A stretch of DNA of 64,000 nt from an uncultured Acidobacteriota bacterium. GTDB lineage: Bacteria; Acidobacteriota; Terriglobia; Terriglobales; Acidobacteriaceae. The position numbers and the translations under genes are program-made. The stretch covers positions 129,632 to 193,631 of the forward strand of contig CAWFVJ010000021.1 of NCBI GenBank assembly GCA_963819175.1. Reading direction: 5' to 3'. The notes below the pieces were generated by a model. The model did no database searches. It worked only from the letters and a program-made list of their open reading frames with translations, and was not told the DNA's origin. The first letter of the stretch is position 1. Every line of letters starts with the position of its first letter. This document shows positions 47,501 through 57,345 of the stretch, piece by piece.

Positions 47501-49117
47501 CAGCGTCAAGACATAACGAATGCGCGGCAGACTGGAAAGGTCGCCCGCCTTGTAGGGAAAGCTGTCGTAGTCGCCAAGAATCAGCCTGTTGAAGTCAAGC
47601 AGCTTGCCGCGTTTGCGCTCCCAGCCCATCCACACGCCTTCGCGCGGGTTATACACGCGATGCCGGTGGAACATGGCAAACGTGCCGGCGCCGTTTCCGC
47701 GGTATTTGTCGTTGAGCCCGCGGATGAGTTCGCCGCAGAGATAGACCAACGGATCGTCCTCGCTGGGGCGCGAGGCGGAATCGGGCAAATCCGTCAGCAG
47801 CGCAAAGTGCAGGTTTGCACTCATGTTGCCGACGTAGCGGACCTCCAGGTCGTTCACCAGCCGTCGAACCTGTTTTTCATCGAGCAGCAAGGTTGGCACC
47901 ACTACCATTGTGAGACAGTCCTGCGGGATGCCATCCTGGAAATCCAGCTTGGGAAGAATCCGCGGCGGAAGCAGCGAAGTGACGAGGTAATTCATCACTT
48001 CAACCGCGCTCTGGCTGCTGGGCAGAAGCAGTACCAGCACGCAAAAGAAGATCGCGGAGAGCGAGTAGACCTCGATGCCGCGCCAGATGATGGCGATCAC
48101 GATCGCGAAGGTCAGCACTTCAATGCCGCTGAGGTAGAACTCATCGGCGTAGCGGCGCAGGACCTCCTGCACCCGCTCGTGCCAGGGGAGGTGTACATGG
48201 GCGCGCTTGTACAGCAGTTCCCCGCCCTCGGCGATCAGGTAGTAGCCCACATGCGAACGGCGAAGCGCAACCCGAGGATCGGCCTCGCGATTCCGCTGTG
48301 ACTCGCGAGCCAGAGTGAGCGCCTGCTGTGCGATCTCCAGCTCCGAGCAGTCCGAGTGCGCCGCCAGATGGACCACGGCCCGCCGATACATCTCCCGCGT
48401 GCCCACATCCATATGCGCGTACGCGCCTGCCGGGTCCTCGCGCAGCACCTGATCAAAAACGATCAGAGGCTCAAGCAACTCCCTCCAGGGCGCCTGCGCA
48501 ATGTCCCGCAAGCTGCGAATACAGATGCGCGTTCCCTTCGCTTCCTGGCCCTCCATCAAGATGCGGAAGAAAACTGCGATTCGTTCCAGCAACACCAAAT
48601 TGAAAGCCGCCGGCAGCGCTTGCAGTTCTTGCAGGGGCAGAACGGTTACGCTTTGAAATGCGCGCAGATACGTACAGACGTCAGAGTCGACGAAACGATT
48701 GGCGAGAAAATCGAATAGGTCTTCGGCAATGGCGACGCCTCGGGGCACGATCTCCCCATTGCTCTGCGTCACATTCGGCAGCGATGCAAGCGTGCGCTCC
48801 GCCTCGGGCAACTTCGCGGCCATCGTGCGCAGCAGGTGAACGTTGTCGCGAAGCCAACGCCACTCCTCCGAATCGGCGACCTGGTCTGCCGAAGGCCTCT
48901 CCAGAGCGGCAATCAGCTTTCGAAGTTCGCTGGCGAGCGTGTGCGACCGCCCGGCGAAACGCCGCGAAGCCCGAGCCTCCGGCAGCCAGACCAGTGACCG
49001 CGCACAGTCGACGGCACGGGCCGCGATCAACTTAGCATCATGAGCGCCATCTTGCCCGACGGAACCGAAGAATCTTTCGGAAGCTTCGGCCGATTCAACG
49101 TGAGTATTCTGAGGCAT
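44588..49117 (-). pseudogene. cyclic beta-1,2-glucan synthase-like protein (GT84 domain plus alpha/alpha6 cyclisation-type domain, no GH94 domain), at least three frame breaks
   Basis: GT84-type motifs LTLDSDTELP, SHDLIEG, RKHRWLRGDWQ in ORF 46418..49117. Glucoamylase-like region is split over ORFs 45655..46512, 45495..45935 and 44588..45658. Confidence 0.8.
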
Positions 49118-49132
49118 ATCAATCCAAAATAA

Positions 49133-50957
49133 TTACCGGTAGCTTGCGGCCTGCAATTCAAATAGTTCGGCGTACCGCCCGCCCAAGGCCATCAACCGGC
49201 GATGGTCGCCATCTTCGGCGATGCGGCCATCGGCGAGCACAACGATGCGGTCGGCCATGCGAACGGTGGAGAAACGATGCGAAATGAATAGCGCCATCTT
49301 GGCCTGCGTGAGTTCGCTGAATCGCTCGAAGACTTCAGCTTCGCTGCGTGCATCCAGCGCGGCCGTCGGCTCGTCCAGCACCAGCAGTTGAGCGTCCCGG
49401 AGATAAGCACGCGCCAGCGCCAGCCTCTGCCACTCGCCGCCCGAGAGATCGACGCCCTCATTAAAGCGCCTGCCCAGCATCTGCTCGTAGCCGCCGTAGA
49501 GCTTCGCAATCACCTCATCGGCCATGCTCTTGTGGGCTGCGGCCCGAATCAAATCCAGATCCTGGAGTTGCTCGATCCGTCCCACCGCGATATTCTCGCG
49601 CGCGGTCATCTCGTAACGCATGAAATCCTGGAAGATGACCCCGATCTCCCGATACAGGTCTTCCAGGCTGTATTCGCGGAGATCGACGCCGTCGAGAAGA
49701 ATCTCACCCTCTGTAGGATCGTAGAGGCGGGTGATCAATTTGACGATGGTGGTCTTTCCCTGTCCGTTCTCGCCGATCAGCGCCACGCGCTCACCGGGGC
49801 GCAAATGAAAATCGAGACCCTCCAGAATGAGTCTGTCGCTTCCGGGATAATGGAACGACACATTTCGGAACTCGAAGCCGCGCACAATTGGCCGCGGCGC
49901 AGGCAGCGCATCCGGCTTGGAGCGGATGGTGGGTTCCATCTGGAAAAACTCAAGCAGGTCGGTCAGGAACAAGCGCCTGGTCCGCGATGCCGGACAAGGT
50001 CGAGAATATCTGCTGAATGTTGTTGCTTGCCTGTAGAATGGCGCCCGCCAGAAAATACAAGGTGCCAACCGAGAGGATTCCCAGCAGAGTACGCCAGATC
50101 ACCCACGCGTATGCGGCGTAATAGCCGAGTGTCCCGAGAACCGAGAAGAACATTCCGGCCAGCAATCGCGACCGGGAGAGCGCGACGTTCTCGCGATAGA
50201 TGTCGTCGGAAAGCTTCGCGAAACGCCCGGTGATGAACTCGCTCAACCCGAATAGCTTCAGCTCCTTTGCGGCTTCCTTGCTGCCTCCCAGGATGCGCAG
50301 GTAATCGAGTTGCCGCCGGACCGGGGTTTGCCGGAAGTTCTTGGCATAGCCGAGGAACGCGAAGTGACTTTCTCCGAGAAACGCGGGAATCACGCCGGCG
50401 ATCAAAACCAGCAGCAGCCAGGGAGAAAAGTAGACGATCGAGATCGACAACGAGAGCGTCGTGATCACCTGCTGCACCAGTCGCCCGATAGACTGAATCA
50501 TTCCAAGCCGGTCTGTGGCCTGCACACGAGCGCGTTCGAGCCGGTCGTAAAACACCGGGTCTTCATAGGCAATCACGTCCAACTGCGCGGCGTGCCGCAT
50601 CACGGCAATGCTGACGTGGCGGGTGTACTTGTCAGCCAGCAGCGAGTCCAGGTAATCAAGAACACGGGTCACCACGCTGCTGGTCACCGCCAGCGCGAAC
50701 TCCGCCGCCACGAGCCACCAGAAATGGTTGGATACCGGCTGGTGATGCGCAACAACGTTGACAATGCTGTCGATAATCAGCTTGCTGATGGCAAGCAGAC
50801 CAATCGGCAGCAGAGCGCTGAAGACCCGGACGAGAATGCCGAGGGTGACAACCGTTGGCCCGGACTGCCACACGATCTTCAGGACAGGCGGAATCTGGCC
50901 GAGCGCCGCCAGACGCTCGTGCCACCCGCTCCATAAATTATTCTTGCGGTGTGCCAT
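49133..50957 (-). pseudogene. ABC exporter (fused permease-ATPase, MsbA/NdvA-like), one frame break near 49970
   Basis: TMD ORF ends ..FSTLSGIADQAL and the ATPase ORF continues FLTDLLEFFQMEP... Walker A GENGQGKTT, signature LSGGEWQRLALARA, Walker B LLVLDEPT. Confidence 0.82.
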
Positions 50958-51351
50958 CGATCCTTTTTGGGTTGGCCATCGCAAGGCAAACGACGGCCTT
51001 ACCCTGCAATGGCCAGAGCAGTTATTTGTGGCGCTGTTTGGACAGATGCGAAAAACGGTATTTAGGTTTGTCTTTTGGCCGACCGCAGGCGGGAATCCGG
51101 CACATGCTCGGTCCCGTTCGGAGGCGGGCGCGAGTCGCGCGATCTTAACTCAAAAAGGAAGATCTTGAGGAGAACGGGCGGCCAGCCTGGGCTAGGGCTG
51201 CACCCGACTCCACTCCAGATTGAACGAATCAGGGCACACAAACGCCAGCTACTAACCAGCTACAAATTGGAAGCACGGCCCTGAACAGTGCTCGCGGACG
51301 TATCAGTCAACAACAATGATTCGGCACGGCGCACGGCCGCCGCGCCCATTA

Positions 51352-51588
51352 TCATTTCATCTCACCGGACGCGGGCAAGCGCAGCGAACCCCGATGTTTG
51401 TTTTCCTGGATGTGATCCCAAACAAGCCGCTCTCCCAGCCAAGCGGCTTGTCTGGCTGCAAGCTCGACATCCTGGAAAGACAGACGATGGCCAATGGCGA
51501 ACCGGGCGCCACACTGGTCACAGGTCACCGTCGACATTTCGACAAGGTTGGAAACGCGCTCGCCGCCTTGCCGCACCCGCTTGGCCAT
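51352..51588 (-). CDS. hypothetical 78-aa protein
   Basis: MAKRVRQGGERVSNLVEMSTVTCDQCGARF... Lies directly downstream of the RRM gene on the same strand. Confidence 0.3.
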   Translation of the reverse strand: MAKRVRQGGERVSNLVEMSTVTCDQCGARFAIGHRLSFQDVELAARQAAWLGERLVWDHIQENKHRGSLRLPASGEMK

Positions 51589-51623
51589 CCCACAGGACCG
51601 CTGCTTCTCTGCCTCGCCGAGTT

Positions 51624-51956
51624 CTACCACCGAGGTTCGCGAGGCTGACGCGCATGACCATGATAGTCATCCCGTCCGCCGCCGCCGCCGCGTCCACCGC
51701 CGCCGCCGCGCTCAACCTTGGGTCGCGCTTCATTGACGGTAAGCGGCCTTCCGCCCGAGTCCTGGCCGTGCAAGGCTGCAATCGCCTTCATAGCTTCGTC
51801 TTTGTTAGCCATCTCGACGAATCCGAAGCCTCGCGAGCGGCCGGTGTCACGGTCGGTTACCAGCGAAACGCTGTCGACGGTACCGAAGGGCTGAAATAGT
51901 GCACGAAGCTCTGCTTCGGTCATGCTGAAACTAAAGTTCCCGACGAAAATCTTCAT
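51624..51956 (-). CDS. RRM-type RNA-binding protein with Gly/Arg tail
   Basis: RNP2 KIFVGNF and RNP1 RGFGFVEM. C-terminal GGGGGRGGGGGR. Confidence 0.88.
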   Translation of the reverse strand: MKIFVGNFSFSMTEAELRALFQPFGTVDSVSLVTDRDTGRSRGFGFVEMANKDEAMKAIAALHGQDSGGRPLTVNEARPKVERGGGGGRGGGGGRDDYHGHARQPREPRW

Positions 51957-52454
51957 TTTTCCCGATTCCTTTGCAATCGTTAGGTGCTGCGATGCCGCCA
52001 ACCTGTGATGCCCTGGCACGCGCCAAGGTCGAGCACCCGCTGGCAATCAGCCGCTAGCTGCCGCCTTTGGAAGGCTGCGGTCGCGGTTGGTGCTCTTTCT
52101 CTGTCTTGCTTGTGTCTTTGTTTTGGCTCATCGAGTGCTGGGGCCAGTACGCTAAGGGGGAATGGACTCCAGATACTCTGACTTAGCTTCAGAGAGTCTG
52201 AAAGAGGAGGACGGAACTACTCGCTCAGCTTCTACCCTAGGCGTTGAGCATTAGATTGTCAACTGCGAAAGGGCAAAGAATGCCTGCAAACCGGCCAAGT
52301 TGGTGAATCGCACGCTGTCATGCGGCATCAAATTACTTGTAGGTCGCGAAGTTGACGCGCGACTTGGAGCTGGCCAGCCGGTTCGGTCTGTGTCTCCACT
52401 CTTAGTCCAAGCAGAATCTTCGAGCCGTATCTCAGGAAAAGAAGGTAGAAAAAC

Positions 52455-52658
52455 GTGGAACAAGGAACAGTGAAGTGGTTTAACGATGCCAAGGGGTTTG
52501 GTTTCATAGCGCGGCAGAACGGCGAGGGGGACGTGTTCGTGCACTTCTCGGCTATCAAGTCAAACGGCTTCCGCAGTCTTCAGGAAGGGCAGTCGGTACA
52601 GTTCGAGGTGACCAAGGGACCGAAAGGTTTGCAGGCGGAAAACGTCGAAGTCCTGTAA
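52455..52658 (+). CDS. cold-shock protein (CspA family)
   Basis: [15 protein letters not shown] and DVFVHFSAI motifs. GTG start. Confidence 0.93.
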   Translation: MEQGTVKWFNDAKGFGFIARQNGEGDVFVHFSAIKSNGFRSLQEGQSVQFEVTKGPKGLQAENVEVL

Positions 52659-52731
52659 ACTTAAATCTGGGCGAACCCGGCGCAGCAGCTCCGGGCTCTC
52701 TTAGCACCAAACCCTTGTAACAGGAGCATCA

Positions 52732-52932
52732 ATGGCAGGAAACTCTCGACCGTCGTTCACCAAACGCTCGAAGGAACGCGCCCGTCAGGAAAAACGGGTG
52801 GAAAAACTACAAAAGAAAGCACAACGTAAGTTGGAAGTTAAGGAAGAAACGCCGGGAGAACGCAGTGGGAACCCGGTGATCGAGTACGACGAAGATGGCC
52901 AGCCTTTGGCGTTGGACTTCAACGATTTCTAA
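52732..52932 (+). CDS. 66-aa basic/acidic bipartite hypothetical protein
   Basis: AGGAG 6 nt upstream of ATG. Lys/Arg-rich N-half, acidic C-half NPVIEYDEDGQPLALDFNDF. Confidence 0.5.
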   Translation: MAGNSRPSFTKRSKERARQEKRVEKLQKKAQRKLEVKEETPGERSGNPVIEYDEDGQPLALDFNDF

Positions 52933-53187
52933 TCGCGTACACCCCGCCACCCGTGCGGCTTTTGCCAAGTGGTGGTATACTGAACAGGAAAGCTACTGAC
53001 CACGGTTTTTCAGTGGTGCGAACGTTCGATCTAGCGACTCGAGTCCCGCCCTTCTGCTACCCCGTACAACTCAGCGGCCATTAACCGATGATATTGAGCG
53101 GCATCCCTAAGATCTATTCGCGAATCGCCTCACTTGAGTGCGCGTCGCGAGGCGCCCCTCGAAGAAAGAAAGTACTTTACGATTCGC

Positions 53188-54381
53188 ATGATGAAGTTTT
53201 CTGAACTACCTCTGTCTTCTGCACTTCAGCAGAAACTTGCTACAGCACAATTCACAATAACCACGCCTGTCCAGGCCGCAACCATTCCGCAGGCGCTCGC
53301 AGGCAAAGACATTCTGGCCACAGCCCAGACCGGCACCGGCAAGACCCTTGCCTTCCTGGTTCCTATTATCGAGCGGTTGGCAGCCATCGACTCGCGCCGC
53401 ATCGAGGTGCTCATTCTGGTTCCGACTCGCGAACTTGCGATGCAGGTTTGCGAGCACTATGACAATGTCCGCAGTAAGCGGGCGCCCGCTGCCCTGGTCA
53501 TGGGCGGCGTACCTGAAAAGAAACAGCTTCAGGCGCTGCGCTCCGGCGCGCAACTGATGGTTGCCACTCCCGGGAGACTGGAAGATTACCTCGGCCGCAA
53601 ACTGGTCGACCTGCAGCATGTCAGCGTTCTGGTGCTGGATGAAGCCGACCGGATGCTCGACATGGGCTTCCTTCCGTCAATCCGGCGCATTGTAGGACGG
53701 CTGCCGCAGCAGCGCCAGACGATGTGCTTCTCGGCTACGCTGGAAGCATCCGTCGCGGGGCTCGTCAATGACTACCTGAAGAATCCCGTGCGCATCGCCT
53801 TGGGTTCGATTCTGAAGCCCGCGGAAAGCGTGGAACTGCAGGCATTTGAGGTGGCCTTGGCAGAGAAGCCAGGCGTTCTGCGCGAACTTCTCTATGCCGA
53901 AAAAGGACAAACGCTGATCTTTGCCCGCACCAAGCGGGGCGCCGAACGTCTGGCCAAGAACCTGGTGCGCGACGGATTTGCGGCGGCGATGATCCACGGC
54001 GACCGCTCTCAGGCGCAGCGCATCGGCGCGCTCAACGGCTTCGACGAAGGCCGTTACAAAGTGCTGGTTGCAACTGACGTAGCATCGCGCGGCCTCGACG
54101 TGAACGATGTCGCCCACGTGATCAACTACGACCTGCCGGCCATGCCGGAAGATTTTATTCACCGTGTCGGACGCACCGGACGCGCAGGTGCTTGCGGACG
54201 CGCTTCAACATTGGTTTCGGGTGTTGAGGTGGTTGAGTTGCGCCATATCGAACGCATTTTGAAACTCAAAATAGCGCGCAAGCAGATCAGCCTGGACGCT
54301 GCGCTTGTGGAGGCCCGGCCCACGCGGAATACACTTCCGTCCCGCACCCTGCTTCGGATGCCGGGAGAAGTATTCGTCTAA
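53188..54381 (+). CDS. DEAD-box ATP-dependent RNA helicase
   Basis: Q motif, AQTGTGKT, DEAD (LDEADRM), SAT, HRVGRTGRAG. Confidence 0.92.
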   Translation: MMKFSELPLSSALQQKLATAQFTITTPVQAATIPQALAGKDILATAQTGTGKTLAFLVPIIERLAAIDSRRIEVLILVPTRELAMQVCEHYDNVRSKRAPAALVMGGVPEKKQLQALRSGAQLMVATPGRLEDYLGRKLVDLQHVSVLVLDEADRMLDMGFLPSIRRIVGRLPQQRQTMCFSATLEASVAGLVNDYLKNPVRIALGSILKPAESVELQAFEVALAEKPGVLRELLYAEKGQTLIFARTKRGAERLAKNLVRDGFAAAMIHGDRSQAQRIGALNGFDEGRYKVLVATDVASRGLDVNDVAHVINYDLPAMPEDFIHRVGRTGRAGACGRASTLVSGVEVVELRHIERILKLKIARKQISLDAALVEARPTRNTLPSRTLLRMPGEVFV

Positions 54382-54387
54382 CGGTTG

Positions 54388-54560
54388 CCCGAGATGCTGT
54401 ATCCGGAAATCAACGTCATTTCGAGCGAGCGCCGTGTTTTGGCGCGAGTCGAGAAATCTTGTGGTTTGCCGAAAAACACAAGATCCCTCCACTCCGCTTC
54501 GCTCCGGTCGGGATGACGCCTTTCGGGAACACCGGATATAGCAACTGAGGAACCGCTCTA
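54388..54560 (-). mobile_element. MITE-like element, short form, copy D (about 173 bp)
   Basis: Reverse complement aligns with copies A-C but lacks the ~73-nt internal block. One terminus diverges. Confidence 0.6.
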
Positions 54561-54633
54561 AGGGTTTCAAGTAAAGCGGGAAGGATTAGGGCCGCTGCCA
54601 CAGGTAGCGGCCCGAATTGCGCTTGGTAAGAAG

Positions 54634-54876
54634 TTAGCGACGGTGAATGCTCTGCTTTTTCGTGACGGTCACGCGCCCGCCTTGTGTCAGCCCGGAAGAC
54701 AAGTCATGGATCTCGTTGCGCGCCGCGGCCTCGGCAAGTTCCCGCGTAGAGGAATGCCCCCAGGAAACCATTTGATCAGGGTTCTTCGCCGAGCAAATCA
54801 TCCAGTGGTAGCGCACCTCTCTGTGGAAGGGCTCCGCTTGGATCGAGAATACGTAATTTCCGACCGCATCCGGCAT
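54634..54876 (-). CDS. hypothetical 80-aa protein
   Basis: MPDAVGNYVFSIQAEPFHREVRYHWMICSAKNPDQMVSWGHSSTRELAEAAARNEI... No family recognised. Confidence 0.3.
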   Translation of the reverse strand: MPDAVGNYVFSIQAEPFHREVRYHWMICSAKNPDQMVSWGHSSTRELAEAAARNEIHDLSSGLTQGGRVTVTKKQSIHRR

Positions 54877-55162
54877 CGATACTCCTATCACATAGCGTTG
54901 ACGGAGATCGTCAAGCGATCTTTCATGGGCATGCCGACTCGTACCCGATTCCGGAGGGCTGGCCCTCCAGCATAACAATGAGCGGCAGCCCCAGGGCAAG
55001 CAGAGATGCGTATGAAGATGCCTAGTCAGATGTTACGCCGCTTATACCGTTTCAGCCAATGCCGCGATCGAATCCAGAGGATGCAAACCAGAACATCCGG
55101 CATAAACCGGGTGTTATAAGAACCTCAGGATTCGCCAGAAGCTGCAATCCTTGGGAAAAAAT

Positions 55163-55238
55163 TGGTGGAGCTAGTCGGGATCGAACCGACGACCTCTGCA
55201 GTGCGATTGCAGCGCTCTCCCAGCTGAGCTATAGCCCC
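55163..55238 (-). tRNA. tRNA-Ala (anticodon CGC), CCA encoded
   Basis: Reverse complement GGGGCTATAGCTCAGCTGGGAGAGCGCTGCAATCGCACTGCAGAGGTCGTCGGTTCGATCCCGACTAGCTCCACCA folds as a cloverleaf. G3:U70 pair, anticodon loop ATCGCAC. Confidence 0.95.
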
Positions 55239-55334
55239 GTCCAGTACACACACCTCTCAGGCGCGCATTGGCTGCGCTCTTTGAGGAGGCTCTAAATTGC
55301 ATCTTATCAGCCAGCCGCTCCGCAGGTAAAGCGG

Positions 55335-56057
55335 GTGGAAGAAATCCTCTGTCTCCACGCGAACCACAGCTCGTCAGTGCCGCAGGTCACATCTTTCAAC
55401 TCTGACACGTTTATAATTAGTAGCGTGAATTCCATCAGAAAAATTGCCGAGGCCGACTTCCCCACGCGCTGGGGACAATTTCGGATCTACGGCTTTGAAG
55501 GCTACTTTACAAGCTCCGTTCGTTACGCAAACGACTCGCCCGCCGATGTGGAACGCCGCAGGGAAACCGCTGTCGCTCTGGTCATGGGCGACATTCACTC
55601 GCAACCGCCTCTGGTGCGCATTCACTCGCAGTGCCTTACGGGCGACGTATTCGGATCGAACCGCTGTGACTGCCGCGCACAGCTTGAAATGGCTCTGGAA
55701 CAAATCTCCAAACTTGGCCATGGAATTCTCATTTACGAACAGCAGGAGGGCCGCGGAATCGGATTGATGGCCAAGCTGGAGGCCTACGAGTTGCAGGATG
55801 GGGGGCTCGACACCGTCCAGGCCAACGAACAACTCGGCTTTAAACCCGATTGCCGCGAATACAACCTGTCGGTCGCGATCCTGACCACGCTTGGCGTGAA
55901 ACAAATCAAACTGATGTCCAATAACCCTGAAAAGATCACGGCTGTCGAGCAGGCTGGAATCAAGGTGGAAAGGGTGTCAGCACAAGTCGACCCGCATCCG
56001 CGGTCGGCGCGATATCTGCGCACCAAGCGCGAAAAGATGGGTCACCTGATCACGTAG
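55335..56057 (+). CDS. ribA: GTP cyclohydrolase II
   Basis: VRIHSQCLTGDVFGS.RCDC, YEQQEGRGIGL, NNP.K motifs. Start uncertain (GTG 55335 or an internal GTG). Confidence 0.88.
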   Translation: MEEILCLHANHSSSVPQVTSFNSDTFIISSVNSIRKIAEADFPTRWGQFRIYGFEGYFTSSVRYANDSPADVERRRETAVALVMGDIHSQPPLVRIHSQCLTGDVFGSNRCDCRAQLEMALEQISKLGHGILIYEQQEGRGIGLMAKLEAYELQDGGLDTVQANEQLGFKPDCREYNLSVAILTTLGVKQIKLMSNNPEKITAVEQAGIKVERVSAQVDPHPRSARYLRTKREKMGHLIT

Positions 56058-56086
56058 TTCTCCGCTTGCGCTATAGTTTTAGGATC

Positions 56087-56701
56087 ATGGCTCGCAAGAC
56101 TACGCCCCGCAATAAGATTTCCAAAATAAACACCGTTAAGCGTTTCGGGAGAGCTGCCTCGCCCGCCAAGGTTTTGAAGTCGCGAGTCGCATTTCGCGCG
56201 CCGATCTTCTATGTGACTTCCGAGCAGGTGCGCGAGCCCAGCGGGGTGATCGTGCGTCGCGACGTGGTACGCCATCCTGGCTCAGTCGTGATCATGGCCG
56301 TCGACGACACGCGCGAGCCATGGCAAGTATTGCTGATCCGGCAATTTCGTTATGCGGCTGCACGCGAGCTGTGGGAATTCCCCGCCGGCAGAATCGACGA
56401 AGGCGAAGAGATGCTCGCCGCGGCCAAGCGCGAGTTGCTGGAGGAAACTGGACTCACCGCGAAGCGCTGGAAAAAGGCGGCTTCATTCTTCTCCAGCCCC
56501 GGATTTCTCGACGAAACGATGGAGCTGTTACTGGCCCGCAGACTGAAGCAGGGCGAGGCGCAACCGGAAGAAGACGAGGTAATACTTGCGCGTTTCTTCC
56601 CGCTTTCGCTCGCGGTCAAAATGGTCATGTCGGGCAAGATTGAAGATGGCAAGACGATCGCTGGCGTGCTCTGGCTGGATAAGTTTCACCGGCGGACCTG
56701 A
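56087..56701 (+). CDS. NUDIX hydrolase (ADP-ribose pyrophosphatase-like)
   Basis: Nudix box GRIDEGEEMLAAAKRELLEETGL. Confidence 0.85.
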   Translation: MARKTTPRNKISKINTVKRFGRAASPAKVLKSRVAFRAPIFYVTSEQVREPSGVIVRRDVVRHPGSVVIMAVDDTREPWQVLLIRQFRYAAARELWEFPAGRIDEGEEMLAAAKRELLEETGLTAKRWKKAASFFSSPGFLDETMELLLARRLKQGEAQPEEDEVILARFFPLSLAVKMVMSGKIEDGKTIAGVLWLDKFHRRT

Positions 56702-56940
56702 TTGGCCTCCGGGCCTTCCGCGACACCGTCCCGCACTGCTGGATTCCCGCATTTTCAATAGCTTGGGCCTATGTACTAACTTGACAACACATTCTTGTCC
56801 GCAATAACATCGATTTGCGGTCTTGACAAGTCCCACCCAATCCGGATCATTCAGCGGGAATATATCCGTGTAGGTTTGGTCTCATGCTTGTTGAGACTGA
56901 AGCGGCTTCGGCCGCAGTAGTAGCACGGAGGAATCAGCAA

Positions 56941-57150
56941 GTGTCTCGTCTAAAGGGAACCGTTAAGTGGTTCAACAACGCCAAAGGGTTCGGCTTTATC
57001 GGCCGCGATGGTGGACCCGATGTTTTCGTTCACTACACTGCCATCACCTCCGAGGGATACAAGAGTCTTCAGGAGGGCGATGAGGTTGAATTTGAGATCG
57101 TCGAGGGCCAGAAGGGGCCCCAGGCCGGCAACGTCACGAAAGTCGCCTGA
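56941..57150 (+). CDS. cold-shock protein (CspA family), second copy
   Basis: [15 protein letters not shown] and [14 protein letters not shown] 8 nt upstream of GTG 56941. Confidence 0.9.
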   Translation: MSRLKGTVKWFNNAKGFGFIGRDGGPDVFVHYTAITSEGYKSLQEGDEVEFEIVEGQKGPQAGNVTKVA

Positions 57151-57178
57151 CTTCTCATGAGCCGGCATTAATCGCGAA

Positions 57179-57205
57179 ACCCAGCCGAACGGCTGGGTTT
57201 TCCTG
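57179..57205 (+). terminator. rho-independent terminator after csp
   Basis: CCCAGCC-GAAC-GGCTGGG followed by TTTTCCTGTTT. Confidence 0.7.
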
Positions 57206-57345
57206 TTTGCGGCTTGATAGGATGCAACACCTCGGGCACTGCTCTAGAATTCAGAGGTGGAGGCCGTGCTACGGCGGCGCAATCGTGATATTTGTGTCGT
57301 ACATCTCAGAAGAGATCACGGTTGCGCGTGTTGAGGCAGAGACGC

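Noticed and set aside
55239-55334. Possible FMN riboswitch upstream of ribA, and tRNA-Ala as an integration hotspot.
   Set aside because: The spacer is too short and lacks FMN-element motifs. There is no integrase and no duplicated tRNA 3' end nearby, only a MITE copy and one orphan ORF.
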